Source: Octopus sinensis (taxonomy: Eukaryota). From it: 64,000 bases of DNA. The first letter of the stretch is position 1. Every line of letters starts with the position of its first letter. Made by a program: the position numbers and the translations under genes. Shown here piece by piece: positions 1 to 12,889 of the stretch. The stretch is taken from positions 93,744,001 to 93,808,000 of the forward strand of contig NC_042997.1 in the NCBI RefSeq assembly GCF_006345805.1. The letters run 5' to 3'. Under the pieces are notes generated by a model that worked only from the letters and a program-made list of their open reading frames with translations, had not been told where the DNA came from and made no database searches.

Positions 1-23
1 ACTGGATGCCCTTCCTAATTCCA

Positions 24-95
<72 letters not shown>

Positions 96-121
96 TCACA
101 CACACACATACATTCAGTTAC

Positions 122-243
122 CTTTTAGCTTTAACTGTTGTTTCCAGTATGCAATAATTTCTCTTTTATCACTGTCCATTTGAACATATTTGTCATGGAA
201 GTTGCCATTTGAAATTTCAAGTTCATCACACCGTTTTTGGTAC
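122..243 (-). CDS. CFAP157: CFAP157 coding exon 2 (gene continues off the left edge)
   Basis: tttttcag|G TAC CAA AAA CGG... gives (R)YQKRCDELEISNGNFHDKYVQMDSDKREIIAYWKQQLKLK-G|gtaac. Phase joins exon 1 exactly (CG+G=Arg) across an 11,531-nt GT-AG intron. Matches the recalled YQRKWDEL...KKEIVAFLK block of CFAP157. Confidence 0.88.
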
Positions 244-784
244 CTGAAAAATTATGTATGAATAAGAGTTAATCATCATCAACCTTCATTCAACATCACC
301 ACCACCACCACCACCACCACCATCACTACAATCACAACCACCACCACTATCACAATTACTAACTCTATCACCATCCCTATCACCATCACCATCATCATCA
401 TCACTTTACACTGATTTTTATATTTTTAAAATTTTCACCTGGGTTGGACAAGTCTTTTCCAGTCCAGCCTCACATCATTTATTATGATCACTTGTCATTT
501 ACTTTCCTAAACTCTAAGTAAATGGTTCAGCATTCTGAGATTTTGGAATAGATAACAATAAGATCACTGAATAAAGACTATATAATTATATATATACGTG
601 ATCTGATCAATAAGTATCTGGATTGTTGCCATAGTAATGAAGCTACAGCATACAGAGTGAAGCCACTTGGCACAGATTGACCTTGAACTCTGCTGTGCAT
701 GTGTACTAAGTCTTAATGTACTAGCTCAATTCTGCTGTTTACAGCAGTACTTGAAAGGAAGGTGTGTAGCATGTAATCATCACA

Positions 785-1225
785 TTGACCATGACAGAGA
801 AAGTTGAGCAGAGAATCTGCATCAGATTTTGCCAAAAGCTTGAGAAAAAGTTGAGCAGAGAATCTGCATCAAATTTTGCCAAAAGCTTGGTGATACCTGC
901 TCAGAGGCCTACGCAAAGTTTTCAAAAAGTTTTCATTGTTCTTGACAAAATCAAGATCTTGTGCAACTGAACCCCGAGTGTCCTTTTGGTCAGCTAAAAG
1001 CAGTTTTAGCACAAACTTAGCAGACATGCATCTCATACCCAAATCTTTGGTGAACTATAACTAATTTGCATATCCTCTGATAGCTCAAAGATGGTGATTC
1101 AATGATTTCTCCTCACTGCTTCACGCACGTCTGTGATGTTTTTTTTTCAATTCTGTTGGTTGCGGGTCTTCTAGAACGTTCATCACTATTGACATTTTTT
1201 TGGCCATCTTAGAAATGTCTGAACC
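785..1225. mobile_element. Rearranged mariner transposase remnant
   Basis: Plus strand MTEKVEQRICIRFCQKL (mariner N-terminus) with a 47-bp tandem duplication (units near 800 and 847). Minus strand around 975-1050 reads KDLGMRCMSAKFVLKLL (VSAKFVP-like motif). Confidence 0.65.
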
Positions 1226-1488
1226 ACTCATACACTTGTGTGCAGTTCATACACTCCTCTCAACTGTAGGACTCTACTTTTTCTGTCAACTTTGTGCAAT
1301 AGGACTCTATTCAGTATCACCATGACAACTTTCTCTCTGTCATGGTCAATTATGATGACATTCCTCCAAGCACTACATAGACAGATAAGCATACATATAT
1401 GTGCACAGCATTCAGAGTCATCTTTACATGGCTTCACATGCTTTAGCTTCATTACTACATGACACTACATTGATCAGACATATACATA

Positions 1489-1634
1489 CATGCATGCATG
1501 CATGCATACATACATACATACATACATACATACATACATACATACATACATACATACATACATACATACATACATACATACATACATACATACATACATA
1601 CATACATACATACATGCATGCATGCATGCATGCA
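1489..1634. repeat. (CATA)n/(CATG)n microsatellite, representative of many SSRs in the window
   Basis: Read directly. Other tracts include (CA)n 26-110, (TA)n near 3550-3603, 8957-9027, 12541-12607, 12688-12750 and 30870-31010, (CT)n 12398-12486, and (AAT)n 4230-4290. They generate many of the spurious low-complexity ORFs in the track. Confidence 0.97.
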
Positions 1635-1636
1635 TA

Positions 1637-2719
1637 TTAGGGTGTCCTGTTTTCAGGGTCAAAATTTTTTCTGACTGCACCATTGTCTTGTGTGGTGCCA
1701 GTGAATGAAAAAAATGAGGTATACAAAGTGGCAGGGCTCTAAAACCATCTTCATAACTACACAAGCCTCCTCTGGAAATTGAAAAAATGGTCAAAATTGG
1801 CTATATTTATTGTGCTTGTGTAATGAATGTCAAGGGGAAATGTATCTGTTTAATATTTGTTTCATAAGCCTCATATGGATCTAAATTATGTTAGAAAATA
1901 AGGTGCAAGTGCATAATTTATTTTTAATGATTTTATAACAAACACTGTAACATAGTTGGTACAAGTTTCTTTAATTGTAAATCAACCTTCCAAGATACAT
2001 TTTTGAATATATCTTTAAAGTATATAATACAAGTTGTTATATTAAAAGAATCCTCAGTACATACCTATTCAGCTGATTTTTAACAGGAAATACGACTAGA
2101 TATTTATTGTTCACTTAGCGCTTAAGCACGAGAAACCCTGCTGAAATATTTGAAATACATTTAACTGCCATTCCAAACCATCCAGGAGGTGCAGTTCAGA
2201 CTCCTTACCCTTTTGTTTATGTGGAGGGTTCCCTTGTTCTTTCCTATTCATGGTTTTCAACATCTAGTAGATTTTAAGACTCAACCATGTAACTTTGTGC
2301 TTGTTATCAAGTCATTAGAAATGAGTTTTACACTTGCACCATAATTTTCTAGCATATCCAGCTGTAGAAACTCTGCCAGATCAAGACTGAAGCCTGGTGC
2401 AGCCATCTGGTTCGCCAGCCCTCAGTCATTCGTCCAACCCATGCTAGCATGGAAAGCGGACGTTAAATGATGATGAATTTAGATCCACATGAGACTTGTG
2501 AAACAAACATTAAACAGGTACCTTCTGATTTTACACTACACAAGCACAATAAAAATGGTCAATTTTGATCATCTTTTCAACTTCAGAGCTCTTGTGTAGT
2601 CACAAAAACGGTTTTAGAGCCCTGTCACTTTGTATATAATTCATTTTTTCATCCACTGGCACCACACAAGACAATGGTGCAGTCAGAAAAAAATTTGACC
2701 CTGAAAACGGGACCCCTAA
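1637..2719. mobile_element. Fold-back / MITE-like element with long TIRs, carrying a SINE fragment
   Basis: TTAGGGTGTCCTGTTTTCAGGGTCAAAATTTTTTTCTGACTGCACCATTGTCTTGTGTGGTGCCAGTG... is mirrored at 2640-2719; arm similarity extends roughly 190 bp. TSD is ambiguous, so the superfamily is not assigned. Confidence 0.8.
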
Positions 2720-3429
2720 TGCACACATATATGTAGGGGTTAAATATAATTTTTGATAGAGATATATCATTTTGTGTTATACACACATACACAAATACAC
2801 ATATATCACTGTATTGCTGTATCAACCATACTGTCAGATGTTAACACTGCAAGTCACAATGTGCTTCCTCATGTTGTAGCTTTTGGATGATGCTTTCCCA
2901 CAAGCTAAACAAGCAGGCCAACATTGCTCCTGAACAGAATGCCATTCTATCGTAGTGTTGGTTACCCATTTACAGCTGAATGGACTGGAGCAATGTGAAA
3001 TGGAATGTTTTGCTTAAGAACAAAATGCGCTGCTGGTCTAGGAATCAAAACAGAAGTCTTGCAATAATGAATGCAGCACACTAACCACTAGGCCATATGC
3101 TTTCACATATATATGTATATAAAGGTTAAAGACCCTCTATGGTCACAAATGACCATGAGATTGCACCCAGAAAGTTCCCCTCCAAGGTACAAGTCCAGGC
3201 AATGTCGTTTGTGGATGACCAGCAGTTGCCCATGGATACCAGCCTCTCCTCTCCATGCCACTGATGTTATCCATGGGAAAAGTAAATGCCAATACAGCTG
3301 AGTGAACTGAATTGACATGAAATAAAGTGTCTTGCTTAAGAACACAACACACAGCCCAGTCCAGGAATTGAACTCACTACCTCATTATTGTGAGCCTGAT
3401 GCTCTAACCACTGAGCCATGCACCTTCAC

Positions 3430-3543
<114 letters not shown>

Positions 3544-3544
3544 T

Positions 3545-3606
<62 letters not shown>

Positions 3607-3843
3607 GGATGAACGAATTATCCTTTGTTTACAGTTAACATGGAAAATTCAATAAACAGTTACCAGGGTAGCAAAATTCACGCAAGTAACAAGGATGTAG
3701 CAACCTCTTCAAAGGTAGAAACTCTGAGTTAATGTGCAGTAATTTGTATAGTATAAGTATTTACTTATATATATGAGTGTGTGTATGTATGTATGTAAAA
3801 ATACATATATATGTAAATACATACGTGTGTGTGTAAATGTGTG

Positions 3844-3884
<41 letters not shown>

Positions 3885-4229
3885 ATGCGTGCGTCCGTGG
3901 AACTCATAGGTATAATGTTTTTGATGGTAAATGTGCTCCAATCATGACTGACCTGGAGTTAAACAACTATTGTGAAAATTCAGAGAGCATGAAAAAATAA
4001 TGAAACATAGATGATGAAGCTAACAATCTGATCAATATTTACTTCTTCACTTCTCTCATGCTATGCTTTAGTGATGTTATGCACAGGGCTTGTTAATTAA
4101 CAAAGTTGCTATGCAGTTAATCAATAGACACCCCTGTTAGATTTCTAACAGCTATGTGTGTGCCATGGTGCTGCATGGTTCAGTGGTTAAAATGTCTGCT
4201 AACCTTAGAAATCATGTATGTAATTATAA

Positions 4230-4292
<63 letters not shown>

Positions 4293-4602
4293 CCTTTCTA
4301 CTATAGGCAAAAAGCCTGAAATTTGTGGGAGGGGACTAGCTGTTTATATCGACCCCGGTACTCAACTGGTACTTAATTTATCAACCTTGAAAGGATGAAA
4401 GGCCAAGTTGACCTTGACAGAATTTGAATTCAGAGCATGAAGACAGACGAAATACTGCTAAGTATTTCTCCTGGTGTGTTAGTGATTCTGCTAGCTTGCT
4501 GCTTTGGACGACGATGATGATGATGATGATGATGATGATAATAATAATAATAATAATAATAACAATAACAATAACAATAATAATAATAATAATAATAATA
4601 AT

Positions 4603-7600
4603 AGAGACCATAATAAATAAAATTCAAAAATAAAAGACTTATCACTACTTTGTGAATTAGAGAAAATGGGATCAAATATGAAAAGCTAAAAAAAGGCCCA
4701 TATAACAAAACAATACAACATAAAAACATAGAAAATAAAGAAGCTACCTGGGAGGCAAAAGAAAAATTTAAACAGGGCACAGCAGCAAAAACTTGCCGCA
4801 TAAAATAGTATGAAAAACAGGAATGCTTCTTCCAACAAAATAGTGAATTCAAAATAAACACAAAAAGTTTTTATAGAAAGTTAAACAAAAAAAAACTATA
4901 TCAGTAGATGCCATGCCAACAACATCAGTGACTCAGTTATACTGGGAAGCAATATGGAGCAAACCAAAAAAAAAAACCCAACAAAAATGTTCAGTGAATT
5001 AGTAGGGAAAAGGAAAGGAAGAACACAATAGAATTACAGATATGGCCCACCATCACAGGCCAAGAGATCACAGACACACTGAGGAGTACCAGCAACTGGA
5101 AAAGACAAGGTCCTCAACTTCTGGTTGAAATACCTCACCAGTACCCATAATCACTTAGCAGCAGTGTTCAATTTATTGATAAGTGAGCCAGAATCAACAC
5201 CAAACTAGATGCTGGAAGGGCAAACCACCATAATTCCTAAAAACAAAGACACCATAAACCCACAGAATTACAGACTAATAACATGCCTATCAACATCCTA
5301 CAAAACCCTAACATCAGTCACCTATAATCGGCTTATAAAGTACCTAGAAAACAACAATGTCTTACCAGAGAACAAAAAGGGTGCTGGAGAGGGATGTATG
5401 GCAATTATAGAGAACTGTAAGAGGAAAAAGACAAACCTAAACATGACTTGGATTGATTACTGGAATCTCTCCACACAAATAAGGTAGCCTCACCACTACT
5501 TAAATATATTAAACATGCAATGGCAAACTGGAAAACCAGTATAACATTAAAAAAATGACTCACAAGTTATTAAAACTTACCCTGTACTCATAAGAAGAGG
5601 GATTTTCCAAGGAGACTCACTGTCACCCCTGCTTTTCAGCCTTTCTCTGACTCCACAAACAAACTTGTTAAATGAAACCATCATGGGTTATAAGTGCTAC
5701 AGACAAAAAATAAACCATCTCCTGTACATGGATGACCTAAAACTTTTCGCTAAAAGCACCATGGGACAGGAAAACCTTAACAAAATTGTTCAGAGTTTCA
5801 ACAATGACATTGGAATGAGCATGGGACTGGACAAATGTGCCAGAGTCACACTGAGAAGAGGCAAATTATTCAGCACTGAAAACACTGCACTCAGCAGAAA
5901 TTAGAGAATTAGACCACAACTGCCCATACAAGTATCTAGGGATAAAAGAAACTGCTAAAATACAACACATAGAAATGAAAGAGAAAATTATGAGTGAGTG
6001 TTACGGAAGAGTTATACTAATATTAAACACTGAACTTAATGCTAAAAACAAGGTAATAGGGATATACATGCTAGCCATACCAGTCATAAATTACAGCTTT
6101 AACATAATAAACTGGAAGATTAGTGAATTGGGAAAGCTAGATAGAAAACCCCAGAAAACTACTAACAGCATGCCAAAGTCACCACCCCAAAACAAACACA
6201 GACAAAATATATCTACCCAGCTCAGAAGGAGGCTGTGGCCTGATACAGATAGAAAACTATTATAAAATAACAACAGTTGGAATAGCAAAATACTCAGAAA
6301 CAAAGAGTGGAAGACTACTGCATATAATAAAGCAACACGAGAAAAAGAAAACGCTTTTCTCTAGACACAAGGAAGCGACAAAATACAAAGCAGAAGCAAA
6401 CTACACTGACCTCAAATGACAACATAAGCAGAAATGGTTAGCGATACAAAAGACAACATGAAAATTGAATTGCAAAAGATACTGAAAAAGAAATGGAGAG
6501 AAAAATCACTTCATGGCCAATATCCTGCAAGGCTTGACAGAGAGGGAGTGAGCCTAAGTAAAAGCCAACAATGGCTTAAAAGCTTTGGACTAAAAGCCAA
6601 AATGGAAGGACTGATTTTTGTTGCACAAGACCAATGCCTGACTACAAACAATTATAAAAAGAAAATAATGTAAACAGGCCATCGAAGTGAAGAAGTAAAT
6701 ATTTATCAGATTGTTAGCTTCATCATCTATGTTTCATTATTTTTTCATATTCTCTGAATTTTCACAATAGGAGTTGTTGTTGTTTAACTCCAGGTCAGTC
6801 ATAATTGGAGCACATGTCTGAATATGTATACAAGACATGACAAAGTAAGCAGTTATATCCACTGAACAATATGCCAAATTTATATATAACATCAAAACTG
6901 ACAGCAAGTGGTTTAAGCATATGCTAAGAAAGGTATAAGACAATGATCAGGCCACAATCCTCTGGGATATGTCTATTCAAACTGACAAAGAAATAAAAGA
7001 TAATCGCTCAGACACAATAGTCAAGGATTGGGGGGAAAACATCTGCTTACTGATAGGCATTGTAGTCCCTTCTGATCAAAATATTGTCAAAAAAGAAATG
7101 GAGAAATTGTTGAAGTACAAAGACCTCAAAATTGATGTAATCAAAATGTAGGGCATGAAGGTAAAAACAATACCAATAATAATTGGAGCATTGGGCATGA
7201 TAAAAAATCATATGAACAAAAATGTAGAAGCTATATACCTGGATCCTCAATACTACACACTGTTGAAAAAATAGCCCTGAAAGGAACAGCCTACATCCTA
7301 CACAAGATGCTATCAATCCAATAATACAACCTAAATAAAACAACCCACAATTACAAGACACACACTATACATCATTTACCCAGTGAAATAAACTCCCATC
7401 AGCAAGCTAGAAAACCAAAGCATTACACACACAATACAAGCAGTAACACAATAAAAGACAGCACCACACCTCAAGGAAAAAAAAGCTAACACAATACAGT
7501 ACTGGGAAGAGTTCACACACTCCGAACAGCAGAAAAGAATACACAATGCTGCACACATCTCAGCAACACAGAGGTGCAGCGGTGATGCAGTAGAAATTTG

Positions 7601-7635
7601 TCTCAATCTATAAAATATTGAACAGTTATATGATA
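4603..7635 (+). mobile_element. Decayed R4/Dong-like non-LTR retrotransposon (RT + CCHC remnant + RLE)
   Basis: Broken ORFs give YWEAIWSKP, TIIPKNKDTINPQNYRLITCL, INHLLYMDDLKLFAKS, ELNAKNKVIGIYMLAIPVINYSF, WREKSLHGQY...EGLIFVAQDQ, YTRHDKV..YIH and RLE NRSDTIVKD...LIGIVVPSDQNIVKKEMEKLLKYKDL. Multiple stops and frameshifts. Confidence 0.85.
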
Positions 7636-8167
7636 ATAATTATAATAATAATAATAATAATAAAAAAATTATTGGGGGAACATCAAAGCCATGTGTTTAG
7701 AGGGATTCTTTGGGGCTTGAATAATTCACTCCTGGAAGCATCATCCTTACACAACCCTTATACAGAGACCTTTTGAGCAGGATGGGCTACTCAACCTGAA
7801 GAAAATTCTCATGGGGCCTTATATACAAGGTCATATGATGTTTATCTTGATGTTTATCATGTTGCACACATATGACTATGATGCATGTGCCTGATGTACA
7901 CTTATCAGATGGCTAGTCATGATGGGTATATTGAGCTTTGTGCTCCACTTTGATAATGTGTGCTGCTCTCTCACTCAACAACAACAGTCACTGCCACTGC
8001 CATGACCATCACCATTTTAATGTCAACTTTTCAATGCCTGTATGAATTAGGCAGAATGTGTTAAGGTGAATTTTTTTTTTTCATGGCTAGATGTCCTTCC
8101 TGTCACCAACCCCTCACCTGTTTCCGAGTGAGGTACTATTTCCCTATGATCAGACAAGGGGGAAATA

Positions 8168-8805
8168 CAGGGTGTCCCAAAAGTCCCTGGTGGGTTTCAA
8201 TTTTTAATAACCTCCTTAACTTTACAAATAAATGCATGAAATATTTTGATACAATATAAAGGATATAATGGAAATTAATATGCACAAATCAAATTTTGCA
8301 ACACCGCATCACATATGAAAAATGACATCATTTAAATGGCAGCCATTTTTGGCTTCGTATGCCCGTGCTTTTTCCAAAACTTGCACCATAACAACATCAA
8401 GAGTTTCAGACCCCACTTCTCTGATTTCTCTATTGATATTCTCCTTTAGTTGCATTAGGGCTTCCAGTTTGTTGATGTAAACCCTCTCCTTCAGGTATCT
8501 CCACAAGGAAAAAAAATCCAGGCTAGTCAAGACTGGGGAATGTGAAAGCCAGTTGACATTTCCATAGCAGGAGATTATTCTCTCTCCAAAGCATTACCAT
8601 AGCAATTGCATTGTTTCACTTACAGTATGAGCAGTTTCCCCATCTTGCTGGAACCATGTGTGAGGTCTACACTGAATGGCCAGGCACAAAAAGGTCTTAG
8701 TCATGGATAACTGGATTACATTGTATCAAAATTTCATGCATTTATTTGTAAAGTTGGAGAAGTTATAAAAAACTGAAACCCATCAGTGATTTTTGGGACA
8801 CCCTG
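8168..8805 (-). mobile_element. Internally deleted Tc1/mariner element (maT/rosa-like C-terminus)
   Basis: TA-flanked TIRs CAGGGTGTCCCAAAA / TTTTGGGACACCCTG. Minus ORF 8309-8530 reads SLDFFSLWRYLKERVY...QLKENI (PLDFFLWGYLK..VY motif). Confidence 0.85.
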
Positions 8806-8951
8806 TATTTCACAAAAGACTGAAAACAAGAGACATCACCTGCATGATGGTGACATTTATTTACAATTATCATGTGATATTAAGGCAAAGAGATAGTAAA
8901 ACACACCCACACATATACATTCGCACATACACTCACACACACATATAAATG

Positions 8952-9033
<82 letters not shown>

Positions 9034-9361
9034 CACACATGAATATATGTATACACACACAAATCTATATCTGTATCTAGATATATATATATATATGTTG
9101 GTGCAAACAGGATATAGATAGTTTGATAGTGCCAATGCACGAAACACTGGGACGCTGAATTACTTCCGTTACTTCTGCTCAATATTAATAATATATACAA
9201 ATATATATTATATAATCAGCTAGTTTTGCATCAGTCACAAATAAAAGCATACTAAATACAATTAATAGAGTGGGTATATTTTGATATCAAGTAATATATT
9301 ACTGGTTGTGGAATATGACTGGTCAGAACATTACCATTGGTTTCATGCAAAGTAATGCTAC

Positions 9362-9745
9362 TATGGAAGCACTCCGTCGGTTACGACGACGAGGGTTCCG
9401 GTTGATCCGATCAACGGAACAGCCTGCTCGTGAAATTAACGTGTAAGTGGCTGAGCACTCCACAGACACGTGTACCCTTAACGTAGTTCTTGAGGATATT
9501 CAGCATGACACAGAGAGTGACAAGGCCGGCCCTTTGAAATACAGGTACAACAGAAACAGGAAGTAAGAGTGAGAGAAAGTTGTGGTGAAAGAGTACAGCA
9601 GGGATCACCACCATCCCTGCCGGAGCCTCGTGGAGCTTTAGGTGTTTTCGCTCAATAAACACTCACAACGCCCGGTCTGGGAATCGAAACCGCGATCCTA
9701 CGACCGCGAGTCCACTGCCCTAACCACTGGGCCATTGCGCCTCCA
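9362..9745 (-). mobile_element. tRNA-derived SINE (other copies near 52953-53272, 43980-44130, 63040-63330)
   Basis: Minus-strand head TGGCCCAGTGGTTAGGGCA...GGTTTCGATTCC (pol III A/B boxes) followed by a body repeated elsewhere in the window. Confidence 0.8.
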
Positions 9746-10399
9746 ATGCTACTATACAATATTGATGACTCTTCGGACAGGCTGGAAAGAAGCACATGGC
9801 CTCTTTGATGCTGGAGGTACATAGAATTAAGGTTACTTTGATAGTAGCAAAAGGGTGAAACAAAATTCTGTGGGATATAATTTTAAGAAAGAAAAAGTGA
9901 CTTTTGCTTTGCAGAAGTAGACATTACTTCTGCTTTTGGTTTCTATGTTGCACTGACCATTCACTCAGCCCTCACTGTAAACCCAACATTAGAATCCTGC
10001 TTCTGCCTGCAGTTTAAGAGTATTAACTAGTATTTTTTTTTTAATGCTAGGTGCACAGCCTAATGAGAACTTATTGAAAACCCTCCTGTATCTATGGTCC
10101 TGCATAAAATGTTTATTCATTAGTCTAATGAATGCCTTACCTATACAGGCTTTCACATTAAGTTAGAAAGGGGAATGTGCATGCAAAGCAGATGACTTTG
10201 TGGTGGTCTTTTCTCTTCTGGGTGCCTATAAGTAATGCAGTTTTCAAATTCACTGGCTGCCAAAGCTTTGTAGCAAGACTCAAAATTGAGTCATTAGACT
10301 GAAAAGTTAAAATCATGGCATAGCAACACCTTGTTCATGTGAGAGGTCAAAATAAGTGCAGTTCCACTCTCATAATTACAGTAGCTGAATGAGTAGTAC

Positions 10400-11100
10400 G
10401 ATAGGCAGAAGAGTAATGGAGGGTGGATGTTAGGAAGATGGGAGGTTGGGGTAGAGGTTTCTCTGGGAAAGATTGGGTGCAGGAGAATAGCCATAAATGA
10501 CATACTTCTAGGACCTCATTTTCATTTTTGCTTAGATGTATGGACCTTCTTGAGCACAACAAATCACCAATCATCTTGTTCCTTTGTCATCTTCTCTGTG
10601 AGGCTCAATATCCTGAGGTCATTCTTCACTACTTTATCCCACATCTACCCGGGTAGCTCTTTTCCAAGGTTCAATCCACATTTAGCAATCAGCACTTCTT
10701 TATGCAGCAGTTCTCATCCATACGCAGCATATGACCATACCACTGCTGTCTTTTCTCTTGTACATCACATCTGATGCCTTTAAGCCAACATATTGGAACT
10801 TTGTCATACATGCACACTGCCATTGCACATCTAGTGGAGCATGCTAGCTTCATTTCTTTGAAGCCTTCACTTGCCCTCTGAATTCACTACCCTGTAGCAT
10901 TGCTGTTTATACACAAGCATCATTCAATCTGTCTTTCACTCTGAGAGAGATGCCTTTTGTTAACAACAGAGGTAATAACTTTCTGAATTTTCTCCAGTTA
11001 GTTCTTATTCTAGTGATTATGCTTTTAATTCCCCTCCACTGTAAAGATTTCCTCCTAGACATATGAGGAAATCTATTTCCAGAGTTACAGATCACATGTT
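10400..11100 (-). mobile_element. RTE-clade LINE 3' fragment
   Basis: Minus strand reads NWRKFRKLLPLLLTKGISLRVKDRLNDACV (GWxKFRELLPLL...KGRLYxACV motif); degenerate. Confidence 0.7.
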
Positions 11101-11774
11101 GAAACTAAAACCTTTGCAGCATGGAAGACCCAAGTTACCTATTGAGAAATACACAAAGACTGTTAATTCCACTTAAACATTTATTGTTTGTAATATAGTG
11201 TCAACATTTTCTTCACTCGGAACTGCACTTAGTGAGTGACAAATGTGTTCCTTGTGCTTATTGTTCCTGTACATCTGCCACACAGTTTGCTTTCTAAGTT
11301 AATCTTCCTGTGATTCCACTGCATTTCTTGTGTCCACAGTTTGCACTGGATACACCATATGGAATTTCTATCTACACCTGTTCTACGTATCAAGCAAAAC
11401 CATTTTCCTGAAGGGATTAGTGGTTTGTATGATCACTTGGAGGTTCAGTTCAAGGTTGTATAATAATCAATATGTAAAATTAGCGAGTATTTCGTTAAAT
11501 TGTAGAGTTGAGCTCAAATCATTTTATAACAAAATGAGTGAGAAAGGCAAAAGAAAAAAAAAACTAATGGCAAGGGATCGAAATATGTAAGCCTATCATG
11601 ATACCTTTTGGGAAAGACGACGGAAACAAAGAAGAGATGGACGGAATAACATTTGTCAATAACGAAATAAGAATAAATAAATAAATAAAATGAAACAGGA
11701 AAATCAACAAGGGGAAAAAGAAATAGAAGAAAAAAAAGTAGGGTTATGGTAATAAACAAGTATAAGTTGCCTAC

Positions 11775-11926
11775 CGTTCAAGACGTTGCTCAAGGTCCCT
11801 AATTTGAACAAGATAAAATTCTTTACTGGTTTCACTTAAAGGCACAACAAGCGGAACTGGTGCCGGCTTGCTTCCTCTATCACCGGTCTTATCATCTTTT
11901 TTCTTTGGTGTCGCCTTGGGAGGCAT
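11775..11926 (-). CDS. CFAP157: Cilia- and flagella-associated protein 157, coding exon 1
   Basis: Minus strand reads ATG(11926) MPPKATPKKKDDKTGDRGSKPAPVPLVVPLSETSKEFYLVQIRDLEQRLE-CG|gtagg (152 nt, phase 2). KEFYLVQIRDLEQRL resembles the CFAP157 N-terminus as I recall it (KEFYHIQIRDLEDRL). Confidence 0.88.
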
Positions 11927-12057
11927 ACTTCTCAGTATCAGTGTATAAATATCAAAGAGTAAGGCATAAATAAGCAGTAAAACGAAAATAATAACAGCCG
12001 CCGATTCAACGTATAAACAAGTTTACGGTAAGTAATTCGCCATGACAGTTGTTAAGC

Positions 12058-12071
12058 GTTTCCATAGAAAC
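12058..12071. promoter_or_regulatory. RFX X-box-like palindrome upstream of CFAP157
   Basis: GTTTCCATAGAAAC, a 14-bp near-palindrome 132 bp upstream of the CFAP157 ATG. It fits the GTTNCCATRGNAAC X-box pattern of ciliary genes. Confidence 0.6.
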
Positions 12072-12396
12072 ACAAGTTACGTTTATTATTTGTTATTCTC
12101 TCCCTACCTTGCTTTATCTCTTTCACCCTTTCTTCGTTGCGTATGATTCACTAATAATACTAGTTTATGATTCAGACAAAGGTAAGAAATTTTGAGTTGA
12201 AAGATTTAGTCGATCCCCTCGACTCCAGTACTTGACTGGTACTTCGAAAGATGCAAAGCAAAGCTGACTTTGCTGGGATTTGAACTCAGAACATAAAGAG
12301 CGGGAACAATTCATTGAGATGATAATATTTTATATTATATCTCCTCGTATCTATGTATATGTACATGTATGCATGCAAGCATGTATGTGTGTGTGC

Positions 12397-12491
<95 letters not shown>

Positions 12492-12530
12492 TACTCTCCC
12501 CCCATACACACTCTCTCTCCCTCTCTCCTG

Positions 12531-12609
<79 letters not shown>

Positions 12610-12685
12610 AAGGCTTCGAATGATTTGTCTGTGTTCCGTGTTCGTCCCTTCCTGTATTTCACATTCATTATATATAAAAACATTC

Positions 12686-12761
<76 letters not shown>

Positions 12762-12762
12762 A

Positions 12763-12889
12763 CTTTATTTAAACCAGCAGAAAATTCAACAAAACCTGTT
12801 ACTCTGAGTTTCCCGTTGCCATCCGATGAACGGCAACGGGAAACTCAGAGTAACAGGTTTTGTTGAATTTTCTGCTGCTTTAAATAAAG
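12763..12889. repeat. Perfect 46-bp inverted repeat (58 bp with one mismatch), 11-nt loop
   Basis: 12775-12820 is the exact reverse complement of 12832-12877, and 12763-12773 pairs with 12879-12889. Confidence 0.97.

Noticed and set aside
9660-9745. tRNA-like sequence with A and B boxes (also near 17850, 41075, 44920, 53200)
   Set aside because: No complete cloverleaf or acceptor stem, and each continues into a repeated SINE body. These are SINE heads, not tRNA genes.
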